A stretch of DNA of 28,726 nt from Abditibacteriaceae bacterium (lineage in GTDB: Bacteria; Armatimonadota; Abditibacteriia; Abditibacteriales; Abditibacteriaceae), in contig JANMKN010000013.1 of the NCBI GenBank assembly GCA_031372065.1, positions 1 through 28,726 of the forward strand, in the 5' to 3' direction. Shown in pieces: positions 8,353 through 16,682 of the stretch (position 1 is its first letter; every line of letters starts with the position of its first letter). Made by a program: the position numbers and the translations under genes. Under the pieces are notes generated by a model. The model was not told the DNA's origin, did no database searches, and worked only from the letters and a program-made list of their open reading frames with translations.

Positions 8353-8727
8353 ATGGCTACACCTAATCAGCGCACGATGAATGAACAGGAAAAGTCTGGA
8401 TGCTTGTTTGGCGGAATCGCAGGCATCATCGCTGTGGTGGGTGGAACATTTAGTATGGTTTGGGTTGCTAAAGCCGATTATTCTACTTCTGCCATCCTCG
8501 CACTTTCTGTGATTTGCGCGTTAGGAGTATGGTTCGAGCATAAAATTGCTCGTCGGTATAAATATGATTCCTCGTTTTTTCAGGCCAGCTTTTACATAGT
8601 GGCTATAGTCTGCACTATTGCTATGACATTCTTTGCCGAAAACGGAGCCAGAGAGATGAAAGAAGCACAAGAGAAACAAATCCTTGATTCCGTAGCCGCC
8701 AAGCGCGCCCTGAAACACCAGCATTAA
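8353..8727 (+). CDS. small membrane protein (3 predicted TM), hypothetical
   Basis: ATG at 8353 (alternative 8377). Three hydrophobic stretches and visibly AT-richer codons than neighbours. The ORF-track extension to 8206 overlaps the previous gene and is not accepted. Confidence 0.65.
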   Translation: MATPNQRTMNEQEKSGCLFGGIAGIIAVVGGTFSMVWVAKADYSTSAILALSVICALGVWFEHKIARRYKYDSSFFQASFYIVAIVCTIAMTFFAENGAREMKEAQEKQILDSVAAKRALKHQH

Positions 8728-8747
8728 CCCTAAAAGCACGTTTCTGT

Positions 8748-8789
8748 GCCGGTTGGAAACAGGCCCAACACCTCGAAAAAGCCCGTGCC
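8748..8789 (+). repeat. 42-bp diverged copy of 8201-8242 (3' end of the helical-protein gene)
   Basis: 36/42 identity. Reads AGWKQAQHLEKARA versus ASWKQAKRLEKARA. Confidence 0.85.
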
Positions 8790-8874
8790 ATCATAAGCAG
8801 TGCTTGATTTCGTAAAATGGGATGCAGAAAAACGCTGTAAACGTGGTGTCGTAAGAATTTCTGAGGGGGTTTTG

Positions 8875-9831
8875 ATGGAAAACAACTCGCAAGCAGGCAT
8901 AAACGCATTTTTAGCCGGACGCACCGCCGATGCCCCGCTTCTGCTGCAAGCTGCCGTGCAGGAAAATCCGCAGGACGCAGAAGCGCGCAAGTTTTTGGGG
9001 GCTGCTTTAGCGCAAAGCGGGCGCCCTGCCGAAGCCGTCGAACAACTGCGACAAGCCGTGCAACTCAGTCCGCAAAACGCGCAGATTCATTACAATCTCG
9101 GCGTGGCGCAGACGATGAGCGGCGATAGCGAAGGCGCCAAAAATTCGTATTACACGGCGCTGAAATTGAATCCGCAATACGACCAAGCCCGCACCGCCTT
9201 AACGCAAATGGGCGCGCCGTTGCCTGCGGTTTCATCCGTTCCTGCGGCCTCCAATCCCACACAAAGCGGCGAGCCTTTTCATTCTACAGGCGCGATGACG
9301 ACGCACGGGCCGCCAGTTGTCGTGCAAAAACCCAGTGGCGCCGATTATTTCAAGGCGCTTGTCAGCGGCGGCATCGCGGCTTTGGTCGGCGCGTTTATCT
9401 GGGACAAATTCGTTTACTATACCAAAATCGAATTTGGCCTGATTTCCGTGGGCATTGGCATTTTAGTCGGGCTGGCCGTAACCATAGCTGCCGGAGGCCG
9501 ACGCAGCAAAGGTTTGCAAATTTTAAGCGGCCTTTTGGCGTTGTGGGGAATGCTGCTTGGCTACGCGTTGCTGGTCGCGGATGAATTTCACCTGCAAGCC
9601 GCCAGTAATCCTCAACTGGTTCATGTGAATCCGCTGCTTCTGCTGATAGTTTCGTTCGGGTTGTTGCCGACGCTATTTCAAGACAATCCGCTCAGTTTGG
9701 CGTTCGTGGCCTTTGGCGTTTACGAAGGCTGGAAAATTCCCGGTAATCACGCCGCCACGCCCGCGCCGCAACCAGCGCCTCCCATGACAACAGCAGCGTC
9801 TACTGCCGAACCTCCCAAGCCGTTAGAATGA
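8875..9831 (+). CDS. TPR-repeat protein with C-terminal multi-pass membrane domain
   Basis: TPR motifs PQDAEARKFLGAAL and PQNAQIHYNLGVA, a Pro-rich linker, then about 5 hydrophobic helices. GAGGGG precedes the start. Confidence 0.85.
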   Translation: MENNSQAGINAFLAGRTADAPLLLQAAVQENPQDAEARKFLGAALAQSGRPAEAVEQLRQAVQLSPQNAQIHYNLGVAQTMSGDSEGAKNSYYTALKLNPQYDQARTALTQMGAPLPAVSSVPAASNPTQSGEPFHSTGAMTTHGPPVVVQKPSGADYFKALVSGGIAALVGAFIWDKFVYYTKIEFGLISVGIGILVGLAVTIAAGGRRSKGLQILSGLLALWGMLLGYALLVADEFHLQAASNPQLVHVNPLLLLIVSFGLLPTLFQDNPLSLAFVAFGVYEGWKIPGNHAATPAPQPAPPMTTAASTAEPPKPLE

Positions 9832-9882
9832 GCGCACGAAGTTGACGCATTTTAAGGCCGCGCTTTTGCATTCAGCAGGAGC

Positions 9883-11082
9883 ATGAACTTTCTTTTGGCT
9901 TCAAAGTCGGGCGCGCGAAATGTGGCTTTTGTTTTTTGCGGCTTGGCTCTTTTTTCGTGCAATCAATTCTCGCAAGCCGCTACCAAACTGGGCAAAGTGC
10001 ATATCGGCGGCATCAGCGTGGCCGGACTCACAGCCGATCAAGCCAAACGGCGCATCACGCGTGGTTTGTCCAAGAAACTGGATTTCCAGCATAAACTCAG
10101 CGATGGTCATCGCGCCGTTTATCGCAAGCGACGCGATTTGGGTATTTACTTAGCCGTGGACGATATGCTCAAACGCGCCGCGCATGGCGACAAATCTGTG
10201 CCGGTTTTGTTTGATATGAAAGCCAGCCATTTGCAAGCGGCGCTGATGAAACTCAAACCACGCTTTGCCGCCGTCGGAAGCGAGGCACGCATCGGCGAAC
10301 ACAAAGGCAAAGTCGTCATCGCGCCCGAAAAAAACACGCGCACGCTGAATGTCTCGGCCTCCACGCAAAGTGTATTGAAGCAGTTCCGCAAAAATCCCGG
10401 CAGCAACGTTTTGAAATTGCAAAGTTTCGAAAAACCACCCACGCTGACCGCTGCCCGCTTGAAAGGCATCAACGCCAAGTTGGGTTCTTACAGCACGCGT
10501 TTCAATCCCGGCAATGTCAAGCGCACCATCAACGTCAAACTCGGCATCAAGGCCGTAAATGGCACGCTACTTAGCCCCGGCGAAGTGTTTTCGCTGAATA
10601 AAACCATCGGCGAGCGCACACAAGCGCGCGGCTATCGCACTTCGATTATTTTCAAAAACGGCTACAAAGTGGCGGGCATCGGCGCGGGAATTTCGCAAGT
10701 GACGAGCACGCTCTTTAACGCCGCGCTGCTATCGGGCTTGGAAATCGTGAGCTATCAAACACATTCGCGCCCTGTCGCTTACATTCCCATCGCCCGCGAC
10801 GCGACAGTGGCGTGGGGCGACTTCGATATGAAGTTCAAAAACAACACCACAGCGCCGGTTTATATCGCCTACAAAATCAGCGGCAGCCGCGCCATAGCCA
10901 CGCTTTACGGCGCCCAAAAAGCCAAGCCCGATAAAGTGACTTTGAAAGTGACTTCGCAAAACATCGGCCCGCTGGAAAAGAAGGCGCAGCTTTATCGCTG
11001 GATGAAGCGCGACGGCAAACTCATCAAGCAAAAAATCGGCGATTCGCACTACAAATGGAAAAACGGCGATTGGATAGAGTAA
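9883..11082 (+). CDS. VanW-family protein with putative peptidoglycan-binding region
   Basis: GVHIGGISVAGLT-like start of mature part. NGTLLSPGEVFSLNKTIGERT..RGY, GAGISQVTSTLFNAAL, HSRPVAY...RDATV and DMKFKNNT motifs. Confidence 0.9.
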   Translation: MNFLLASKSGARNVAFVFCGLALFSCNQFSQAATKLGKVHIGGISVAGLTADQAKRRITRGLSKKLDFQHKLSDGHRAVYRKRRDLGIYLAVDDMLKRAAHGDKSVPVLFDMKASHLQAALMKLKPRFAAVGSEARIGEHKGKVVIAPEKNTRTLNVSASTQSVLKQFRKNPGSNVLKLQSFEKPPTLTAARLKGINAKLGSYSTRFNPGNVKRTINVKLGIKAVNGTLLSPGEVFSLNKTIGERTQARGYRTSIIFKNGYKVAGIGAGISQVTSTLFNAALLSGLEIVSYQTHSRPVAYIPIARDATVAWGDFDMKFKNNTTAPVYIAYKISGSRAIATLYGAQKAKPDKVTLKVTSQNIGPLEKKAQLYRWMKRDGKLIKQKIGDSHYKWKNGDWIE

Positions 11083-12255
11083 TCAGTCAGCTTTTTCAAA
11101 AATCAGCACGCCAATGTGCCCGCCGAAGCCATAATTCAGGCTCATCACGGTTTGCAAAGGCATTTCGCGCCCGCACGAATCGCTCGTAAGCGGAATATAA
11201 TCCAAATCACAATCGTCGTCGGCTTCTTCCAAGTTCAACGTCGGCGGCGCGTAGTTTTCGCGCAAGGCTTGCAAGCAAATCACGGCTTCCACCGCGCCCG
11301 CCGCTCCGAGTAAATGGCCGGTCAGCGGCTTGGTGGACGAAACCGGCACGCCGCTTCCAAACACGCTTTTAATGGCGCGCGATTCGATGGCATCATTGAG
11401 CGGCGTGGCCGTGCCGTGCGCGTTAATGTAATCAATTTTCGGATTGCCCGCACGCTTCAAAGCGCGCTCCATCGCCCGCGCAATTGAAGCGCCGGACGAA
11501 TTCATGCCCGTCAACGAAGTCGCATCGGCGCCCATATCGTAGCCCGTCACATAACCATAAATTTCCGCGCCGCGCTTGCGGGCGTGTTCTTCGTTTTCGA
11601 GAACAAGCGCGCCAATGCCTTCGGAAGGCACAAAACCGTCGCGCCGTTTATCGAATGGGCGCATGGTTTTCGATTTACTCAGCGCGCCGATCTGTCGATA
11701 GCCCGCCATAACTAACGCTGTAAGCGAGGCTTCAACAGCGCCACACAAAATCCAATCGGCTTGTCCCCATTGAATCATTTGCGTCCCGCGCGCAATGCAA
11801 TGCGCGCCGGTGGCGCAAGCGGCAACAGGACTTGGCGCGGCAAATCCGGCGGCAAGCCACGGCAAATCGCACGTCCAACCTAAATATGGCACATTCCATT
11901 TGCGCTCGCGGCCCTCATGAAAGCGCAAATAATCATTTTCCAGCCAGAATAAATCGCCTTTAGAAGAAGAGAATATGGTGGCAGCCCGCTCGGATTCTAT
12001 TTTTAATTTTCTGAAAGGAAAGGCGTGCCACTGCTGTAATGCCACCCAAAGCGAAGAAGATAATCCGCGCATATTTTTTTGGCGATAGCGGGCCGGTTCA
12101 TAATTAACGCGCGCCGCTTCGGTCAAACCGTGCAGCGTAATGTGTTCCTGGCGCGAATGCAAACGCCAGCGCCAAGCACGCCGTTTTGGGCCACCAAAAT
12201 GCGCCATGAAATCCGTTACCGCCACGCGCGGCGCGTTTGAATTGGTGTTCGACAT
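11083..12255 (-). CDS. beta-ketoacyl-ACP synthase (FabF-like) with divergent N-terminus
   Basis: AACATG (Cys), RPFDKRRDGFVPSEG, YINAHGT, STKPLTGHLLGAAG and SLNYGFGG. Confidence 0.88.
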   Translation of the reverse strand: MSNTNSNAPRVAVTDFMAHFGGPKRRAWRWRLHSRQEHITLHGLTEAARVNYEPARYRQKNMRGLSSSLWVALQQWHAFPFRKLKIESERAATIFSSSKGDLFWLENDYLRFHEGRERKWNVPYLGWTCDLPWLAAGFAAPSPVAACATGAHCIARGTQMIQWGQADWILCGAVEASLTALVMAGYRQIGALSKSKTMRPFDKRRDGFVPSEGIGALVLENEEHARKRGAEIYGYVTGYDMGADATSLTGMNSSGASIARAMERALKRAGNPKIDYINAHGTATPLNDAIESRAIKSVFGSGVPVSSTKPLTGHLLGAAGAVEAVICLQALRENYAPPTLNLEEADDDCDLDYIPLTSDSCGREMPLQTVMSLNYGFGGHIGVLIFEKAD

Positions 12256-12291
12256 TAACTTAAATTCCAGTGCGCTGGTAGATTATCGCCG

Positions 12292-12540
12292 CGCACGAAC
12301 GGCTTTTAGGCCCGCACGAAACGAATTTCACCTGCGCGAATCATCTTTTACACGCACGAAACGCCTTTGCCTACGTGCGAAATGGATTTTACGCCGCACG
12401 AACCATCTTTTGCGCGCACGAACCATCTCTGCAAGCTCGGCAGCCATCTCTGCAAGCGCGGCAACCATCTCTGCACGCGCGTGAGCCATATTTGCACTTG
12501 CGCAGAACACTTTTGCACCTGCACGAAGCGTTTTTCAGCC
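12292..12540 (+). repeat. non-coding tandem array of 12 units of 20-21 bp, core YGCACGAA
   Basis: Units start at 12292, 12313, 12333, 12353, 12374, 12395, 12415, 12436, 12457, 12478, 12499 and 12520. Confidence 0.85.
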
Positions 12541-13359
12541 GCTCAAATCGAAAATCGCCACGTCGGGCGGCGCCCATAGGCGCAGGGGCAAACTGACGGC
12601 GCCGACGCCACGACTGACCCACAAATAATGCTCGTTAGGCCGATAAAGTCCGGCGACAAAGCCACAACAGAAATCGGTATTAAGCATCAGCGCGTGGCCG
12701 TTGGGCAAACAAACTTGGCCTCCATGCGTGTCGCCGCACAAAGTCAAATCGCAAGTGTTGTCCGCGAAAAATTTATAAATATCCGGCGCGTGTGAAAGCA
12801 GTATTTCACAGGCGTTTGTCGGAAGCGGCAAAAGCGCCTGATAGGGCTGACAGTCGCCGAAAGACGGGTCGTCCACGCCGACAATCCACACATTCTGCCA
12901 CGGCGCGGGCAATTCGATGGCTTCGTTGACCAAGACGCGCACGCCGCTTTCGATTAATACTTTTTCCAAAGGCGCACGGCGTTGGGCATCCCACGGGCTG
13001 TCGTGATTGCCCCAAATCGCATAAATGCCGAGCGGCGCTGTGGTTTTTTGCAAGTCACGCCGCAAAGCGGGCAGGCCGCGATAATCGCCGTAAATAAAAT
13101 CGCCGCCCAGCAAAATCACATCGGGCCGCGCGGCGCGCACGCGTTGCCAAGCCTGCAACGTTGCTAATCGTCCGACAGTCGGGCCGTAATGCAAATCACT
13201 GAGAAACGCCACGCGCAGGGGCGGCGCATTTTTGGAAAAATCTTCGAGTTTGAGTCGCAAGCGCGCCACGCGCACGCCGCGCCCAATCATTTGCAAATCG
13301 TAAAACGGCTGATAAAATCGCGCCAGCCACAACGACAATTGCCACGCGATTTTCTTCAA
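12535..13359 (-). CDS. calcineurin-like metallophosphoesterase (YkuE-like)
   Basis: SDLHYG, GGDF, GNHD, LSHAPD, GDTHGGQ and VSRGVG motifs. Start uncertain; TTG at 13359 was chosen because 13650 overlaps the SDR gene. Confidence 0.85.
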   Translation of the reverse strand: MKKIAWQLSLWLARFYQPFYDLQMIGRGVRVARLRLKLEDFSKNAPPLRVAFLSDLHYGPTVGRLATLQAWQRVRAARPDVILLGGDFIYGDYRGLPALRRDLQKTTAPLGIYAIWGNHDSPWDAQRRAPLEKVLIESGVRVLVNEAIELPAPWQNVWIVGVDDPSFGDCQPYQALLPLPTNACEILLSHAPDIYKFFADNTCDLTLCGDTHGGQVCLPNGHALMLNTDFCCGFVAGLYRPNEHYLWVSRGVGAVSLPLRLWAPPDVAIFDLSG

Positions 13360-13412
13360 AGGAATGGCTGAATGACGCTTGGGATGCGCCGCGCGGCGCG
13401 CTTTGTGGTCAA

Positions 13413-14117
13413 TTAAAATATCCGGTCGTCGCAATGAATCACCTGACCTGAAACGCGCTTGCCTTCTTCGCCGAGCAACCAACGCACCGCGCCCATAAGA
13501 GATGCTGTTTCGCCAAAGTGTCCGCTTAAACTTTGCGTTTGCAAGGCCGAAAATGCGCCTTCGTTTAAGGTTTCCGCAAGCGCCGAAGGCACAAACGGCG
13601 GGCAAATGGCGTTGACAGACAAACGTTCGGCGCTTTCGCGCGCCGCGCATCGCATCAAGGCTATTGTCGCCGCTTTTGAAGCCGCATAAGCGACCTGCCC
13701 TGCCGCGCCGCGCTCGCCAACACGCGAAGCGAAAAAGAGGAGTCGTCCGCCGTTTTCGATTGTTTGCAAGGCTTCGCGCGCCACCAAAAACGCGCCGGTG
13801 AGATTGACATTCATGGTTTCGTGCCAGCTTTGCGGCGACTGGCGCAAGAGTAACGCATCGCGCGCGATGCCGGCTGCGTGAATCACGGCAAAAAGCGGCG
13901 GCAACGCAGCGAACATTTGGCGCACGGCGTTTTCATCGCTAATCTCAGCGCGCTGCAAAGTGCAACCTGTTTCGTTTTGCAATTGCGCCGCGCGCTTTTC
14001 ATCATGCCAAAAATGGGCAACGACTTGCCTGTTTTCTTGGCATAAAGCGCGCGTTAAAGCGGCGCCGAGTGTTCCGGTGCCGCCGGTTATCAAAATCGCG
14101 CCACCCGTTTTTTGCAC
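13413..14117 (-). CDS. SDR oxidoreductase, 3-oxoacyl-ACP reductase (FabG-like)
   Basis: ITGGTGTLG, HAAGIARD, VNLTG, GQVAYAASKA (YxxxK) and VNAICP. Confidence 0.88.
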   Translation of the reverse strand: MQKTGGAILITGGTGTLGAALTRALCQENRQVVAHFWHDEKRAAQLQNETGCTLQRAEISDENAVRQMFAALPPLFAVIHAAGIARDALLLRQSPQSWHETMNVNLTGAFLVAREALQTIENGGRLLFFASRVGERGAAGQVAYAASKAATIALMRCAARESAERLSVNAICPPFVPSALAETLNEGAFSALQTQSLSGHFGETASLMGAVRWLLGEEGKRVSGQVIHCDDRIF

Positions 14118-14165
14118 GCTTCCAGTTTACGGAAATTCGCGGCGCGCTCAGTCAAACTGTCGCTT

Positions 14166-14987
14166 ATGATAGTCTGGTTGAACAACACTTTTCTTGATGA
14201 TGCGCTGCCCGCTGTGCCCGCCACCGCCGCTGGAATGCTAACGGGTTGGGGCTGTTATTCCACGCTGGGCGTGCGTGGCGGCCAGCCGTTGCATTTGGCG
14301 CGGCATCTGGTGCGTTTGCGCGCTAATGCGGCGCGATTAAACGTGGAATCTGCTTTTTCCGATGAGGAAATTGGCAGCGCGCTGGCAGAAATTATCGCGC
14401 GCAACGAAGTGGTTTCAGGCATTGCACGCTTGACGCTCACACAGCGCGGCGAAGGGCGCTGGAACACAGAAAGCGGCAGTCATTTTTTAATCGTCGCGCA
14501 AAACGCCAAAGTGCCGCCATTATCGGGTTTGCATTTAATAATTTCGCCGTTTCGCTTTGAAGCACGGCGCCCTTTGGCGGGCATCAAAAGCACCAGTTGC
14601 GATTATCAAATGGCATGGCAAAACGCACACGCGCAAGGCTTCGACGATGCCATTTTGCTCAATCAAAACGGCGCGCTGTGCGAAACAGCACGGGCCAACG
14701 TGTTTTGGGTGCGCGGCGGCGAATTATTCACGCCCTCGCTGGAATGCGGCTGTTTGCCGGGCATCACACGCGAATTGATCATCGAAAACGCGCCGGAATT
14801 GGGCCTTTTCGTGCGCGAAGGCGCCTTTTCGCCACAGGAATTGCGCATGGCCGACGAAGTTTTCATTACCAGCGCCACCAATGGCCCGCGCGGTATCGTT
14901 TCGGTGCGCTTTGACGAAGAGGAAAGTTTTATCGGGGGCGAAATCACCCGGCGTTTGCAGGCATGGTGGCATGAAACCACGCAATAA
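14166..14987 (+). CDS. class IV PLP aminotransferase / aminodeoxychorismate lyase-like
   Basis: HLARHLVRL, GIKSTS (PLP Lys), DDAILLN..G.LCETARANVF, LPGITR and ADEVFITS. Confidence 0.9.
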   Translation: MIVWLNNTFLDDALPAVPATAAGMLTGWGCYSTLGVRGGQPLHLARHLVRLRANAARLNVESAFSDEEIGSALAEIIARNEVVSGIARLTLTQRGEGRWNTESGSHFLIVAQNAKVPPLSGLHLIISPFRFEARRPLAGIKSTSCDYQMAWQNAHAQGFDDAILLNQNGALCETARANVFWVRGGELFTPSLECGCLPGITRELIIENAPELGLFVREGAFSPQELRMADEVFITSATNGPRGIVSVRFDEEESFIGGEITRRLQAWWHETTQ

Positions 14988-15014
14988 AAAACCGGCCTCA
15001 GCAAAGGCCGGTTT
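14986..15014. terminator. bidirectional intrinsic terminator
   Basis: aaaccggcct-cagcaa-aggccggttt between convergent genes. Confidence 0.7.
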
Positions 15015-15033
15015 CATTGCGCAGCACAGCCTT

Positions 15034-16569
15034 TTAGCCTTGAGTGCCGGGCACGGCGCTATCGTCGTCCGCGCTATCCGCCAACAGAGAAGCGCGAAAA
15101 TCATCCAGCACGTTGCGCACATCTTCGGGGCGGGCGTCGTTCAAGCGATTGACGTGTTCCAATGTCTCGGTCTCGGTCTCGGTATCGGTATCGTTTTCCG
15201 CATTGTCGCCCACGTTGACCGGTTGCGGCGCGGTCACATAGTTTCCCGGCAGGGGAACCGATGAGCTACGCAGGACAGGCCCATCACTTGTCGGCGCGCT
15301 CCACGAGGCATGGCGCATACGAAGTTCCATATCAGCCGTCGTCGTTGCTGGGCGACGCCGCACCTCCGGCATTACTTTGGGCAACATAACTATGGAGGGA
15401 ACGGACGGCGGCGTGACAGACATTGCCTGCGGGTGCAAGGTTTGTGGCGGTGCAACGCGCGTTGGCTGAAGCAGGCTTACCGGCGCAATCGAAGCAGCCA
15501 GCGGCAATGCCGGGTTCGCCTTGTTATTTCGCACCATCAGCACCACAGGCTCTTCAATAATGGCTTGCTTTTCCGGCGCAATGGCGCGCTGCGAATTTGT
15601 TTTGGACTCGCCGCTCATTCCATCGCCCATTCCATCGGTTATGACGGAATTGCTATGCCTGTTGTCGTCAACAAGAGCCGCTGATTTGATCGCCGCTTTG
15701 GGCGCAATAGGCACGATACGGCGCTCATTGCGAAGCGCAGCTTTTGGTTCGGACCTTGACGGCGCGCCGGGTTCAAGCAACGGCGCCCATAAAGCAGAGG
15801 GGCCAGACAGAAAAATCAGCCACGCCGCCAAAGCAGGCACCACAGTCGAGGAGAATCGCAAGGTGCGGCGCGCCCGAATGCTGCGCTGCGTGCTGTCTTG
15901 TGCCCTGCCTTGCGGTTCAAAATCAATGTCGCTCTTTCCACACGCCACAAGAGGGACGTTGATTTTTTCAGGGATGCCAACTTCGGCGCTTTTCTCGCCA
16001 ATCGTGCGCCGCAGAATGTCATCGCGCAAATTGGCCGGCGGCAACGGTGCCATGGGGTCAAGCGGCGGCAATTCACGCGGCGCTTCGATTTTAGGACTCA
16101 AACGTGGTGCATGGCGACGCGGCGCAAACGGGTTTGCGCCGTCGGCAAAAATAACTTCGGGCAACAAGCGCGCATCGCTCACCGAGCCGCATGGCGGCTC
16201 AAAGTGTGAGATTTTTGCTTCAACGCGCGCTCGCATTTGCGGCAAAAGCGAAAGCAAACGAATGGCTGTCAGAATGCGGAGCAACAGTCCGGGTGGCACC
16301 GCCGGAGCCGAAAGATGGCGCAGCATTTGATTTTGCTGGTTCCACACCTGCCACACGCCATCGCACTGCGCGCATTCATCAAGGTGCGTGCGCGCCAGCA
16401 AACTTTCTTCGACATTCGCCTCATCATCGAACAGCGCTGTAAGGGCGAGCGCCAGTCGCGCACATTCATCGCGCAGGCCGTCGCGTTCTTGCGGCGACAA
16501 ACTGTCGAAAAATGAATCATCCAAACTGTTTTTGCGCGGTGTTTCGTCAAAAGACTCTCGGCTCGCCAT
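15034..16569 (-). CDS. zf-HC2 (ZAS-type) anti-sigma-like membrane protein with long Pro-rich tail
   Basis: C...LTALFDDE...HLDECAQC (HxxxCxxC), one TM (VVPALAAWLIFL) and a low-complexity C-terminus. Confidence 0.7.
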   Translation of the reverse strand: MASRESFDETPRKNSLDDSFFDSLSPQERDGLRDECARLALALTALFDDEANVEESLLARTHLDECAQCDGVWQVWNQQNQMLRHLSAPAVPPGLLLRILTAIRLLSLLPQMRARVEAKISHFEPPCGSVSDARLLPEVIFADGANPFAPRRHAPRLSPKIEAPRELPPLDPMAPLPPANLRDDILRRTIGEKSAEVGIPEKINVPLVACGKSDIDFEPQGRAQDSTQRSIRARRTLRFSSTVVPALAAWLIFLSGPSALWAPLLEPGAPSRSEPKAALRNERRIVPIAPKAAIKSAALVDDNRHSNSVITDGMGDGMSGESKTNSQRAIAPEKQAIIEEPVVLMVRNNKANPALPLAASIAPVSLLQPTRVAPPQTLHPQAMSVTPPSVPSIVMLPKVMPEVRRRPATTTADMELRMRHASWSAPTSDGPVLRSSSVPLPGNYVTAPQPVNVGDNAENDTDTETETETLEHVNRLNDARPEDVRNVLDDFRASLLADSADDDSAVPGTQG

Positions 16570-16682
16570 ATCTTTGCTTTAGAACGAACCAGTCGTTTCA
16601 AGTTGCGATATAGTGAGATATAGCACGAAGTGACTGGCGTCGCTTGCGCATAAGTTCGATAACCAATGCAATTGGCTTTTTA

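Noticed and set aside
8201..8789. DGR template/variable repeat pair
   Set aside because: Mismatches are not confined to adenines of one copy (A/G, G/A, A/G, A/C, G/A, C/T), the repeat is only 42 bp, and there is no reverse transcriptase in the window.
12140..12622. Cys-rich or heptad peptides over the second array (e.g. CRACRDG, HLCK, AEMAAEL)
   Set aside because: These are by-products of 21-bp repeats seen in several frames at once, and the periodicity continues through frame-breaking 20-bp units. Coding is not fully excluded.
13360..13650. N-terminal extension of the metallophosphoesterase
   Set aside because: It overlaps the SDR gene in another frame and is Arg-rich shadow sequence.
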